Virus record (IMG/VR): IMGVR_UViG_3300038608_000027
Span: 1 to 59,369 of that record
Origin: a virus
Lineage: Duplodnaviria > Caudoviricetes
Length of the DNA: 59,369 nt
Reading direction: 5' to 3' (one strand)
Numbering within the stretch: the stretch's first letter is position 1; every line of letters starts with the position of its first letter. Shown here one piece after another: positions 9,102 through 18,881 of the stretch. A program made the translations under genes and the position numbers. Under the pieces are notes generated by a model. That model had not been told where the DNA came from. It saw only the letters and a list, made by a program, of their open reading frames with translations, and did not search any database.

Positions 9102-10007
9102 TTAACTTGGATTATTTCCGTAAACGAAAAATGGAGTTAAAAAGCCCCACGACCAGCGGCCAATGCACCTATACTTGCTGACTTCTGTATCAAAATCCAC
9201 CTCATCAGCAAAATCTGGTTTTCTACGGTCAAACCAGATTAACTCTTCTTTCATTCGCGCGTTATCACAAAGAAACCAGGCATTACTGTCGGTTAAGAAT
9301 TGACATTCAATTACATTCAAATGTCCCTTCCAAACGTTAACGCCGTGGTCAGTGGTAGCCGGCTCTTCATCCGTCTCGGCAATTACCATTGCTGTTTTCC
9401 TTAAAGCAGGTGGTACAAGCAATGTATCCGGGGTTGTTAAAAGAGGATTACCTTTATCATCCACCCATGCCAACATAGCAGTCCTAGTTAATTCCACATT
9501 ATCAATCGTTAACGCATATGTTCCGCTATTGCTCCAGGTTGTAGAACTACCAGGCATTATCGGATGGGTTGTGCTGCATAAAGGTTTGCCATCTGCACCC
9601 AGATAACTTGCACCTGTATTCCATGCCCCGTTAAATACGCTCATAGCGTGCGATTGTCTTGTAAAGTATACTGTGCGAGCCAATTTGCGTATTCTCTGTT
9701 TTATCTGCGCATATTGATCATCGTCCAGTAATTCTCTTTCAACTTGCACGCCTTTGCTATACTTCTTATGAGTGAAAGTTGGCTTGAACCCTTTGCTGAA
9801 GTCTTCATAACTGACTTTAGCACCAGACGCCTGCCACTCTTCCATTAATCCCAATTCGCCTATTTCTTGAAAGAACTCCTGTGCTTTAGTAGAACCTTCA
9901 ACTTGAAATAGTAGAGGGATATAGTCTTTCTGTTGTTTCATATGTTTGTCAAATATCGATCTTAGTCCGGGAAGTAATAATTCCCCCCAATTATCAGAGA
10001 TTATCAA
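9102..10007 (-). CDS. Major capsid protein (Mu gpT-like, HK97 fold)
   Basis: LLPGLRSIF, HKKYSKGVQVERELLDDDQY, GADGKPLCSTTHP, LLVPPAL, LTDSNAWFL; 301 aa. Confidence 0.9.
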   Translation of the reverse strand: MIISDNWGELLLPGLRSIFDKHMKQQKDYIPLLFQVEGSTKAQEFFQEIGELGLMEEWQASGAKVSYEDFSKGFKPTFTHKKYSKGVQVERELLDDDQYAQIKQRIRKLARTVYFTRQSHAMSVFNGAWNTGASYLGADGKPLCSTTHPIMPGSSTTWSNSGTYALTIDNVELTRTAMLAWVDDKGNPLLTTPDTLLVPPALRKTAMVIAETDEEPATTDHGVNVWKGHLNVIECQFLTDSNAWFLCDNARMKEELIWFDRRKPDFADEVDFDTEVSKYRCIGRWSWGFLTPFFVYGNNPS

Positions 10008-10027
10008 TTGTTGTCCCCCCTAAATAC

Positions 10028-10056
10028 AAAACCCCTCTATTTTTTAGAAGGGTTTT
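10028..10056 (-). terminator. Hairpin just upstream of the capsid RBS (terminator/attenuator or mRNA stabiliser)
   Basis: aaaacccttcta-aaaaa-tagaggggtttt followed by gtattt. Confidence 0.4.
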
Positions 10057-10095
10057 GGTTTATTTTTATTTAGTTTTGATTTGCTTTCCTACAAC

Positions 10096-10806
10096 CTACG
10101 TTGTGAAACCATTCAGCCAGTGCCTGCGAATAACCACATCCATGGTCAATTCGGCAGGGTTAAGTGCAACAACGGTTAACGGGCCGATTGCAGATGTTGT
10201 TACAGCATCAGCGTCAATAGTATTTGCATCCTTCAAGTCAACACCTATTGTACCTACGTTTATCGGACAACCGGTAGAACCTAACAGGATGAAATTGGTT
10301 GCAGTTGTTGGTTGTGCACCTACCGGATCAATAAAGGTAAGCGTACCTGAACTAGATGAGGCTGTAATTGTTCTTATCGCTTTGCTTCCCGGCCCCTCAT
10401 ATAGATAAACCAGGCATCCTACCAATGCACTTGCTGTCATCGAGCCATAATAAGTAGAGTAAATTGTAGTTGTGGTGTTTAATGATGTACTTGCAGAACA
10501 AGCATAATCGCCGTGATCAGCGAATGAACAACGATAAACATTAAACGGATTTGCATGTACTTTACCGAACGTCTTTGCAGTCGAAGGGTTGGTTGTAGCT
10601 GTAAATGTTTCTGCCATAACTCCTACAACGTTATTTGCATTAGCAGCAGCATAGGTAATTTTGTTATTAGTAAAGACAACCATATCTCCTGCAGCAAGAG
10701 TAGTTGCGGGAGTTAATTCATATTCCACCGGATTGTTCGTTACGCAAGGCATCAGATTACCCACTAATTCAAATCCATTAGTGGTTCTAGTTGCGGATAG
10801 TGCCAT
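10096..10806 (-). CDS. Capsid cement/decoration protein with a Ser/Thr-rich insertion
   Basis: Lies between scaffold and capsid genes; AAGDMVVF...VVGVMAE pattern; strongly T/S/A-rich. Confidence 0.6.
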   Translation of the reverse strand: MALSATRTTNGFELVGNLMPCVTNNPVEYELTPATTLAAGDMVVFTNNKITYAAANANNVVGVMAETFTATTNPSTAKTFGKVHANPFNVYRCSFADHGDYACSASTSLNTTTTIYSTYYGSMTASALVGCLVYLYEGPGSKAIRTITASSSSGTLTFIDPVGAQPTTATNFILLGSTGCPINVGTIGVDLKDANTIDADAVTTSAIGPLTVVALNPAELTMDVVIRRHWLNGFTT

Positions 10807-10820
10807 TTAAAATCACCTCT

Positions 10821-11717
10821 TTATTTTTTTCGTTTAGGCATATGGGAAGAATATTCTTTTTCAGAAATACCCAACGCCCTGGCCATCTTTCTTTGTTCTC
10901 TGGTTAATGATACCGAATCATCCTTTCCAGGAAGTCCGGCTGACTCTACCGCTATCCTTTTTCTGCTGTCAATATTCTTAAGTGTCTTTTGCTCCGTAAC
11001 AGCTTTAACAATATCTTGTATTTCACCGGAAATTACTTTCTTACCCAGAACATAATTAGCAGCAGTTTCAAAATCAACTTTTTCGCCGTTTTGCGCTATC
11101 TCGTCAATTTCTTCCACATACTTGGCTACTAAAGGATTTTTGCTAATATAGGATGATTTTTGCTGTGAATACATAATCATTCCGCTTACTCGCTCTTCTT
11201 GTTTTCGACGTGCTTCCTGCTCTTGCTGCAACTGTAACCTGGTAATCTCGTTTTTCACAGATTCATGTGCAAAAGCTTTGGCAAGCGCATCATCGTATCC
11301 AGCATTAGTAAGCGATTGATATGATTGGTTAAACATTTGCTGCGTGTATTTATCCCATTCAGCAAACTGCTGTTTGTTAAGTTCAGTCTGGGTTAATTGT
11401 TGCTGATCAGCCCTTATTCTTTCAATTTCCTTTTCAAACTGCTTACTTTGACGGGCCAACCGTCCTTCAATCAGTTCATCAAGATCTTCCTGTGTAGCAG
11501 GCAGATTTGACTTAGCAGGCGGTACTACCGGTTCTGTTTCTTCTGTTGGTTCTGATTCTGTATCGTCATCATCGTCAACCATAACAACACCTTCTAAATC
11601 ATCTTCATTCGGGTCATCATCGTCTGAAGTATCTACAAAAGAACCGCCGCCGCCGGTGTTTCCTTCAGCAAACATTGGATAACGGTATAGTGCTTTGTCT
11701 AACAAACTAAGGTTCAT
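10821..11717 (-). CDS. Capsid scaffolding protein
   Basis: MFAEG start motif, acidic N-terminus, coiled coil, C-terminal LTREQRKMARALGISEKEY. Confidence 0.8.
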   Translation of the reverse strand: MNLSLLDKALYRYPMFAEGNTGGGGSFVDTSDDDDPNEDDLEGVVMVDDDDDTESEPTEETEPVVPPAKSNLPATQEDLDELIEGRLARQSKQFEKEIERIRADQQQLTQTELNKQQFAEWDKYTQQMFNQSYQSLTNAGYDDALAKAFAHESVKNEITRLQLQQEQEARRKQEERVSGMIMYSQQKSSYISKNPLVAKYVEEIDEIAQNGEKVDFETAANYVLGKKVISGEIQDIVKAVTEQKTLKNIDSRKRIAVESAGLPGKDDSVSLTREQRKMARALGISEKEYSSHMPKRKK

Positions 11718-11828
11718 AAAAACCTCCCGTTTTAAGCCCGTCGGCTATATATTCCGTGCTGTTTTACGTCTCAGCACGTTTCGACGCTCCACGCACAGTT
11801 TAATGCCTTGAGCGAGTTTTGGGCGTGA
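11718..11828 (-). promoter_or_regulatory. Structured 5' leader of the scaffold gene (three tandem hairpin/pseudoknot units)
   Basis: Loops ggcattaaac, gacgtaaaac and ggcttaaac. Stem cgtgctg/cagcacg. The last unit overlaps the GGGAGG RBS. Confidence 0.55.
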
Positions 11829-11842
11829 AATTATAGTTAGTA

Positions 11843-12088
11843 TTAACCTAACGCTTTCCAAAATTGTTTTGCTTGTTTCTTATATTTTTTTGCTCCTCTT
11901 ATCGGTTCTTCATAAGCCTTTTCTAGAGATTCAACTCCTTTTTTAACTCCTTTCTTTGCAGCTTCAGCACCTTGAGCAATTCCCCGGTAAACAAAATTAC
12001 TTCCAATTGCTCCCCTTATTTTTTGTTCTCTTGTAAGATTTGGTTTAGTTTTTGGTGTTTTTGACGACCATAAAATTCCCATTATCAC
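11843..12088 (-). CDS. Small basic hypothetical protein
   Basis: Lys-rich ORF in the head operon. Confidence 0.55.
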   Translation of the reverse strand: MIMGILWSSKTPKTKPNLTREQKIRGAIGSNFVYRGIAQGAEAAKKGVKKGVESLEKAYEEPIRGAKKYKKQAKQFWKALG

Positions 12089-12234
12089 TTAACCCCTTTC
12101 TTCTTTTTCGCCTTTTTAGGCAATTTCTTCTTTCCAGTTTCTTTTTCCCACTCAGCTACTTTGTCCTTAGAGATTTCCCCTCTCTCGGCCATGGCGTAGA
12201 ATTTTTTACGCTGCGCTTGACTTTTGAAGGGCAT
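12085..12234 (-). CDS. Small basic phage protein (MPFKSQAQR type), 49 aa
   Basis: MPFKSQAQRKKFYAMAERGEISKDKVAEWEKETGKKKLPKKAKKKKGVK; its ATG overlaps the portal stop. Not in the ORF track. Confidence 0.75.
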   Translation of the reverse strand: MPFKSQAQRKKFYAMAERGEISKDKVAEWEKETGKKKLPKKAKKKKGVK

Positions 12235-14219
12235 CAACCACCACCTCCTGCCTGCCCCTGCTGCTCCGCTTGTATTAATTCCTGTATTGCCGCCACTACT
12301 TGATCTTCAGGCAGAGACGCTAGATAATTTTGTGTTTGCGGGTCAAGTTGTTCCAAATAAGCAATTAATTCTTCATTAGGATCTATTTGCTCTTGCCCTT
12401 CTTGTAATTGCCCCTCCTGTTGCTGTGGTTGCTGTTCTTGTTGTTGTAACTGTTGCTGTTGTGCAAGGGCTTCCTGTTCTTGCTGTTTCATACGCCGCAT
12501 AATTTCTTCTATTGGAGGAAATTTACCAGTTTTAATAACATGTAAATAAGTCTCAACATCAATAATTTTTGCAATAACAAGCTCTTTAGCCATTTCCATC
12601 TGGAAGAATTTGTCTGATGGTATAACGCTTGTCGTTTTACAATAACAATCAAATTCAGGAAAATAAACTTCATTTTTCTTCTTAAAGTCAACCTGCTTCT
12701 CTTCTTCTAAATCGTCAGGATTAAAACCAAGTTGCTTATAAGGAGATACCTGCCCGTTTGAATAGTTATAAACTTTCATCATGTCTTCTTTAGAGTAAAC
12801 GCCATATTCATAATTGCTTTCCTTGTCAACTATACGGAATTTACGACGTTCAGTGTAATATTTCTCAATTAACCGGTTACAAAACATTCCTGCTTCTTCA
12901 TAAGCAGAGCTTATTGTCAGTTCTTTTATGCGAAGTCTTACTTGCGCTCGTTCTGCAAGCTCGGCTATGGCCTTATATGCCGTTACACTTCCCGGAGTAC
13001 GTCCTTGACTAATGTCATACCTTCCTATAATGGCTTCCATACGTTTTTCCAGACGTCCCATTTCGTTAAGCAAAGTACCAGGTACGTTCTGGCCGAATAT
13101 TCTTTTAATGCCGGTAATGTCTTTAACTGGAAACCACATTCCGGGAAGTGTGCCCTTAGTCCGTATAAGGGTTCTTTGTTTTTCTGTTAAAGCTGCCTCG
13201 TTATACCATGTTTGTCCAATAGCGTTATGCAAATGGCCTTCAAGGATAATTTCAGCCGTCTTATTTAAGATGATTTGCGGGTTCTTAAGGAAATATGCCT
13301 CTCCATAACCCCAAATAGTATTTTCTCTCGGATAACATGTCTTTAAGACAAAAGGAAACGTAACAGTTTCCTCCGGATCGAAGTAAATATAATTGGTATG
13401 TTTCAGATAAACACCCTGATCTTCACCTGCCCACCATATAACGTGCAGTCCATTCCCCTGGCTCTTTTCTCCTTTGTCAAGTATTAAGGGTTCGCCTTTA
13501 TACCATGTTTCAATAATCGGAACCATTTCATCGGTATTGCCGGAATAGGACTCACCTTCGGAATCCTCTTGTTCATTATCAAGCAAATCTTCTTCATCGA
13601 TTATTTCTTGCTGAATTACATTAGCTTTTTCAGGATAACGCTGTTCAATCGATTCCATAGTAGTCCAGACAATTTTGTGACAACGATTACCCTCGTTTAT
13701 GTCTTCCCTGCATCTGCCATCAGGAATAAAGCATAGAGGATGTAACGCTTTCCATCGTATATCTCCTTCCCACCGATTAGGGCCTCTACCACCACGCCAC
13801 TCTGGGTCCCAATAAACATGTTTTATTAATATGCCGTACAGAAAATACCAGCGAAGCATTTTAACGCGCTCGGTTACAATATGATTCTTATAGAAAATAT
13901 ACTTCTTGAGATGTGTCATTAGGATAGCTTCTTTATCGTCTCCTGATTCAACTGGAATATCTATTAATTCGACATCTTGAGCAAATTCCGAAGCAATACC
14001 TTCCACCAAAGAGAAGGTAACGTTTTCAACGCTGTTAGGGCGGTTTAGCTGCTGATCGGCTGTACGTAAAGCGTTTCCGTCCGTACCAACTAAATCCCAA
14101 TGATCGCCTTTATAAAGTTTCCACATCTCTTTCATTTCGTCTATGAAAAATCTTTTACAATTCTTATCGTTGTCATACCATTGCCTTACCTTCATCATCG
14201 TTTCGTCAATGCTTGCCAC
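12234..14219 (-). CDS. Portal protein (P22-like, long)
   Basis: LYKGDHW, DISQGRTPGSVTAYKAIAELAE, Q-rich C-terminus. Likely start is GTG 14219 after GAGGTG. Confidence 0.85.
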   Translation of the reverse strand: MASIDETMMKVRQWYDNDKNCKRFFIDEMKEMWKLYKGDHWDLVGTDGNALRTADQQLNRPNSVENVTFSLVEGIASEFAQDVELIDIPVESGDDKEAILMTHLKKYIFYKNHIVTERVKMLRWYFLYGILIKHVYWDPEWRGGRGPNRWEGDIRWKALHPLCFIPDGRCREDINEGNRCHKIVWTTMESIEQRYPEKANVIQQEIIDEEDLLDNEQEDSEGESYSGNTDEMVPIIETWYKGEPLILDKGEKSQGNGLHVIWWAGEDQGVYLKHTNYIYFDPEETVTFPFVLKTCYPRENTIWGYGEAYFLKNPQIILNKTAEIILEGHLHNAIGQTWYNEAALTEKQRTLIRTKGTLPGMWFPVKDITGIKRIFGQNVPGTLLNEMGRLEKRMEAIIGRYDISQGRTPGSVTAYKAIAELAERAQVRLRIKELTISSAYEEAGMFCNRLIEKYYTERRKFRIVDKESNYEYGVYSKEDMMKVYNYSNGQVSPYKQLGFNPDDLEEEKQVDFKKKNEVYFPEFDCYCKTTSVIPSDKFFQMEMAKELVIAKIIDVETYLHVIKTGKFPPIEEIMRRMKQQEQEALAQQQQLQQQEQQPQQQEGQLQEGQEQIDPNEELIAYLEQLDPQTQNYLASLPEDQVVAAIQELIQAEQQGQAGGGG

Positions 14220-14245
14220 AAAATCACCTCTCTCTTTCGGGAAAT

Positions 14246-14305
14246 AAAAAAAGGGGCAAACAAAAACCAATACCGTATTAAACGGTACTCGTTTCTGTCT
14301 GCCCC
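14246..14305 (-). terminator. Long intrinsic terminator/attenuator immediately upstream of portal
   Basis: ggggcagacagaaac...taccgt-ttaat-acggta...gtttttgtttgcccc followed by T7. Confidence 0.7.
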
Positions 14306-14340
14306 AGGTTCTCCTTGCGGGCTACTTATTCAATTGAAAA

Positions 14341-14490
14341 TTAGTCTAATTTGACTTCTTTCATTGCATATCTAACCATTTTCGGTTTACCATTTTTTAT
14401 AACAATCTCAATAGTTCCCCATCCAATTTCATTAATAAGTTTTTTTAATCCGGCAAATTCATCTTCCTTTTGTTTATCTTCCAACGGCAC
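14341..14490 (-). CDS. DUF2292/YezD-like small protein, 49 aa
   Basis: MPLEDKQKEDEFAGLKKLINEIGWGTIEIVIKNGKPKMVRYAMKEVKLD fits the family pattern (IxxG-x-I-x-I-x-I-xxG). Not in the ORF track. Confidence 0.65.
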   Translation of the reverse strand: MPLEDKQKEDEFAGLKKLINEIGWGTIEIVIKNGKPKMVRYAMKEVKLD

Positions 14491-14497
14491 TGTTGGT

Positions 14498-14824
14498 TCA
14501 CCTGCCTATTTTGATATTTTCTACAATAAAATCTTCTCCCTCAATCCTACCGTCCACAAACAAGCGATAACGCCTATGTTTCTGTTTTAAATACTCAAGT
14601 TCCTTCGGACATTGTGCCAAGGGTAAAGAGAAGGGTTTTTCAACTTCCTGTTCTTGCTTCGATATTATCGTTTTATGTTTGCTAGGTACGTCCTCCATCA
14701 ACTTACTTCTTATAGATTGCTTATTGACACATTCTTTACAATGACCGTGAAAATATATAGGATCGTCAAATTCATTTATATTTTTGCCGCAACCTGGACA
14801 AATATCTTCCTTGTAGCTTATCAA
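14498..14824 (-). CDS. Hypothetical protein with Zn-finger-like Cys motifs
   Basis: CPGC...HCKEC. Confidence 0.55.
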   Translation of the reverse strand: MISYKEDICPGCGKNINEFDDPIYFHGHCKECVNKQSIRSKLMEDVPSKHKTIISKQEQEVEKPFSLPLAQCPKELEYLKQKHRRYRLFVDGRIEGEDFIVENIKIGR

Positions 14825-15024
14825 GTATAGAACCCCCTATTCTTCAGCATTTCCATGTCTCTTTTGTCTGCTGGCGTTTCTTCTTTGGGGTCATCGTCTG
14901 ATTCACCTTCCAACCATTCTTTTATCGTTTCTTCTGTCGGTTGTTCGCCCACGCTAGTTATGATACGAGGCTTTGTCTTGTCGCAAAAAATTTCAATGAT
15001 AATCCTACATGTAGGTTTTTCCAT
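14821..15024 (-). CDS. Hypothetical protein
   Basis: AGGAGG RBS; tightly packed between neighbours. Confidence 0.6.
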   Translation of the reverse strand: MEKPTCRIIIEIFCDKTKPRIITSVGEQPTEETIKEWLEGESDDDPKEETPADKRDMEMLKNRGFYT

Positions 15025-15048
15025 AAAATACGTGTCCTCCTTTCTTTT

Positions 15049-16662
15049 TTAGCAATAACCATAAAAGGTAGTATCCCTATCATTGTCATCATCGTCATCG
15101 TCAGGATAATAAGTATCAAAATTCTGTTTGCCTGGTCTGGTTTTAGCGTTTGCGCCTACTAAGAACGTTTCACCTTCAAATATATTGGGTCGAGACATAC
15201 AGAAATATCTGTCTGTATCGGCCGAATGGGATTCGTTATTAGCAATATCTTCTGGATTAGTTTTCTTCTGTCTTAATCCTGGATAAACCCTTATTGTATT
15301 AGGACAATTCCAGGTAAACCGCAACCCGGCTATTGTTTCCCCTTGCTCTGTTTTAAACGGTGACAGCCATTGGTGAAGCCTACGCCAACCATTAGACAAA
15401 TCGTTATCTGCTCTGGTCATATAAATTCCATACCTGGCGAATACCTCTGCTGTACTTTCTCCTGAACCAGACTGTTTATTCCAGCAGGAAGGATCGGCCA
15501 CAACAGAAACTATATATTCGGGATTGCCTCTTGTGTCAACTGACATTTGCATTATCTCTTTTGCCTGCAAATTATCGGGTACAGCACGAGGGTAATATTC
15601 CCTGTAAGCAACTATATACCCTTCAGGAAACACCGCATACCATTTAAAACAAGCATTACTAGAATATCCTGCGTCATAAGCACCATGTATCTGACAACGT
15701 GATGGTGGATACCATGCAGGATCAGCTATAACATGAACTTCCTCATCCCATTCAGGGAAGAACGCCCCTTCGCCAACAGTAAAAGCGTCCTGCCATTTTT
15801 CAGGATATTGACTTCTCCAGGTATTAGGCAATAATTTCTTAGTAGCTTCGTACCATTCTTTAGTACGTCTTGGGTCTGACCACACATCCAGGAATATAGG
15901 AGTAAATATGCCCTCATTAGTCATAGCATTATTAAATATTTCTTCAAACAATGTCCCTGCCCTGCCTGTCGAAATACCTAAAACCTGTCCTGAAAAATCC
16001 GGGCGGTTCATAGTAGGAAATGCACCTGTCCAAATCTCATAAGCATATTCATGCAACGCCCATTCATCAAGCATAACCAAATTAGCCGTAAATGAATGTG
16101 CCGTATCGGGAGAGGCCGGTAAAGTCAAAAACCTACTAGGTTCACCTTCTGGCCGGTAAATTATAATCTCGTGAGCATCTGAGTTCCAATAGACACATTG
16201 TTCATTCGGCAACACGTCCTTCTTATGTTTTATGATATAAAAAGGCAGGTGTTTTAACATCACCTGCATACGATTACCTAGCTCTATTGCGTCAGGATCA
16301 TCACGTTTGCTTATAGCAATAGCCATAAACCCCGGACGAAATAACATACACCAAAGTATATAGGTTAAACTTAACCAGGTTAACCCTAGTTGTCTAGCCT
16401 TCAACACAACTAAAAACTTACCTTTTAGATATTTTCTTAAGACTTCTTCCTGCTTCGGCCAAAGATTGAATGGCGTCATTCCTGTTGGCGAAGTTTTGTC
16501 TTCTATATGAACATACCATTTTATAAAGTAGAAGATGTCTTTCTCACAAGTAGTAAGTGCTTCCGCAATAAGCCGTTTAAGTTTCTCTTCTTTTAGTTTC
16601 CTCTCTTTTGTTTTACGTGGCGGTCTCTTCACTTGTGCTTGTGCTCGCTGTTTCCAGGCCAC
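15049..16662 (-). CDS. terL: Terminase large subunit
   Basis: Walker A LKARQLGLTW, Walker B VMLDE, coupling motif IST, RNase H-like nuclease domain (YDAG, ADPS, HSADTDRY). Confidence 0.93.
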   Translation of the reverse strand: MAWKQRAQAQVKRPPRKTKERKLKEEKLKRLIAEALTTCEKDIFYFIKWYVHIEDKTSPTGMTPFNLWPKQEEVLRKYLKGKFLVVLKARQLGLTWLSLTYILWCMLFRPGFMAIAISKRDDPDAIELGNRMQVMLKHLPFYIIKHKKDVLPNEQCVYWNSDAHEIIIYRPEGEPSRFLTLPASPDTAHSFTANLVMLDEWALHEYAYEIWTGAFPTMNRPDFSGQVLGISTGRAGTLFEEIFNNAMTNEGIFTPIFLDVWSDPRRTKEWYEATKKLLPNTWRSQYPEKWQDAFTVGEGAFFPEWDEEVHVIADPAWYPPSRCQIHGAYDAGYSSNACFKWYAVFPEGYIVAYREYYPRAVPDNLQAKEIMQMSVDTRGNPEYIVSVVADPSCWNKQSGSGESTAEVFARYGIYMTRADNDLSNGWRRLHQWLSPFKTEQGETIAGLRFTWNCPNTIRVYPGLRQKKTNPEDIANNESHSADTDRYFCMSRPNIFEGETFLVGANAKTRPGKQNFDTYYPDDDDDDNDRDTTFYGYC

Positions 16663-17723
16663 GTTTCACCACAACCTTTTCTGTGTTCGTTCATTATTTC
16701 GTAAAATTCCGCTTCCTCAAGTCCTGTTATTTCCAGGAAATAATCCAAAGCTTTTGGCCTAACAGGATCGTATTGCTTAACTAATTCAAACGCCTCTTCC
16801 CTTGTTAACTTACCATTCAAAATATCACCGCAGGCATGGTCGGTTGCCCTGCCAAACCCACGCTTTAGATATTTTGCATAATCGTGGACACCAGGCATAA
16901 TACATTCAACGGATTTATATCGTTTATAAGTACCTTCAACATCGCACTCCTGCCATCCAAATTTACGTTTAATCAACTCAACCTGTCTTTCAGTATCCCA
17001 TTTAATATAATCACCTAAATGGATACCTACAATTCCAACCTTCTTGTATTCCTCTAAAGAAGGGTAATTAAAAGGAAACAAGTCTTTGGCGGTTATATCT
17101 TTACATAACATTTCCCCATTGCCGCATTTTTGGCTTATTTTCATGAAATAATCATAATCATATTTGATTGGATTATCATAACTAGCCTTGTAATACTCAG
17201 AAGCAGACTCACCCCACACAATTAAGGGTATATTCCATTTAACGGCTACTTGCATAGGGAACGCCCCTACCCCTGCATGACACGTCCAGCAAGCATCTCC
17301 TATCTTAATAAGGCTTTGTTTAGCTAATTTATTAACTAGCTCCCTATTAGGAGTAAACATAATATGGTCAATGTTTAATTTCTCTAATGTATTCCATAAG
17401 TTAAATTTACCTGTTTCACTAAACCAATTATGAGAAAAGGTTACTGCTAACGGCTTTAACCCGTAAAGTTCCTTAACAACGTAAAGTTGATAGGTAGAAT
17501 CTTTACCGCCGCTAATAGGTACAAGGCAATCGTAGTTATCACCTGACCTACTTTTGTATTCCTCAAATATTTTCGCTAATTGCTTTTTTCTTTCCACCCA
17601 ATTAATCTTTTGTTTTTGTTCATAAGATTGACATGCCTGACATATTCCGTTCTCGTTAAATGTTATTCCCTCCGCAGTTTCCGGCATAACACATTTTGTA
17701 CAGTAACGAAGTTCTCTATTCAT
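16629..17723 (-). CDS. N-acetyl sugar amidotransferase (PseA/PtmG/WbuX family)
   Basis: YCTKCVMP, YDCLVPISGGKDS PP-loop, CWTCH, WGE, KYLKRGFGRATD. Confidence 0.9.
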   Translation of the reverse strand: MNRELRYCTKCVMPETAEGITFNENGICQACQSYEQKQKINWVERKKQLAKIFEEYKSRSGDNYDCLVPISGGKDSTYQLYVVKELYGLKPLAVTFSHNWFSETGKFNLWNTLEKLNIDHIMFTPNRELVNKLAKQSLIKIGDACWTCHAGVGAFPMQVAVKWNIPLIVWGESASEYYKASYDNPIKYDYDYFMKISQKCGNGEMLCKDITAKDLFPFNYPSLEEYKKVGIVGIHLGDYIKWDTERQVELIKRKFGWQECDVEGTYKRYKSVECIMPGVHDYAKYLKRGFGRATDHACGDILNGKLTREEAFELVKQYDPVRPKALDYFLEITGLEEAEFYEIMNEHRKGCGETWPGNSEHKHK

Positions 17724-18277
17724 TTTTCAACACTCTCCGTTTTTTTTAGTAAACCAAATTCAATAACATCAACATATTCACCGTTCTTGAAGAGTGCTTG
17801 CCTCCGGTTACCTTCTTCTTTGAAGCCCAGAGCTATCGCTAATTTTTTCATAGCGACATTACCTTCCATTGTACCGCAAGCTATACGATTAAGATTAAGT
17901 GTCTTAAATCCATGTTCAATAAGCAATTGATATGCTTCAGTTGCGTAACCTTTTCCCCAAAACTCTTTTTCACCGATAATAATTGATATATCTGCTGTTC
18001 TATTTATAAGGTTAATATTTTGCAGAGCTATGTTACCTATATGAGTATCTTTTGCTTTGTCGGCTTTTTTAACAATTATAGCTAGGATAATATTATCTTT
18101 TGTATTGTTAGCAAAGGTAATATAATCTTCCGCTTGTTTATGTGTATAAGGAAAAACAAGATGTCCATTATATTTACAAACTTCGGGATCGTTTAACCAG
18201 TTAGGATAACCCCCAAGAAGGTCATCAAATTCTAATGGCCGAAGATAACAGATTTTTCCGTTTAGGAACTTAGACAT
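17720..18277 (-). CDS. GNAT N-acetyltransferase (RimJ/PseH-like)
   Basis: IGEKEFWGKGYATEA acetyl-CoA motif; LGFKEEG. Confidence 0.9.
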   Translation of the reverse strand: MSKFLNGKICYLRPLEFDDLLGGYPNWLNDPEVCKYNGHLVFPYTHKQAEDYITFANNTKDNIILAIIVKKADKAKDTHIGNIALQNINLINRTADISIIIGEKEFWGKGYATEAYQLLIEHGFKTLNLNRIACGTMEGNVAMKKLAIALGFKEEGNRRQALFKNGEYVDVIEFGLLKKTESVEK

Positions 18278-18881
18278 AGACAGTACCAGCTTTTACAAAA
18301 TAATCTTCTCCTACAACAGCACCTTGTGTTATAGTTGCATTTGCACCTATGAAAGCCCTGTCCCCTATCTTCACACCACCACAAATAACTGCTCCAGGAC
18401 TAACCTGTACATGATTACCTATTTCACTATCATGTTCGATAATAGCTCCAGAATTAATAACCACATTCTGTTTTATGGTTACCCCTGTTCCTATAATTGC
18501 TCCCGGAAAAATAACCGTACCACCTAATATATTGTTTTCACTACTATTTATAATTGCCTGAGGAGAAATTATTGAAGGGAAAACAAATCCCATATCTTGA
18601 TAATGCTCAAACACCTCTTCTCTCTTTTTGTTATCAAAACCCGCAAACCCTAAAACAGCATATTTTAAAGGCGACCACGGCGGCTGGGAATTAGTAGTTG
18701 CCCAAATTTGAGAATCATCACCTAAATACGGAATACCTAGCTTACTTAACCTGTTATTTGGGTTAACGTCAGTAACACCTATTATTTCATAACAATCGCT
18801 AACAATATTCGCCACCATAACAGCATGTCCGCCCCCACCAGCAATTATGATGTTGGGTTTAGCCTTTTTATTGTTTGGCAT
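18270..18881 (-). CDS. NeuD/PglD-family sugar acetyltransferase (left-handed beta-helix)
   Basis: GGGGHA, hexapeptide repeats, IIEHD motif. Confidence 0.9.
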   Translation of the reverse strand: MPNNKKAKPNIIIAGGGGHAVMVANIVSDCYEIIGVTDVNPNNRLSKLGIPYLGDDSQIWATTNSQPPWSPLKYAVLGFAGFDNKKREEVFEHYQDMGFVFPSIISPQAIINSSENNILGGTVIFPGAIIGTGVTIKQNVVINSGAIIEHDSEIGNHVQVSPGAVICGGVKIGDRAFIGANATITQGAVVGEDYFVKAGTVYV

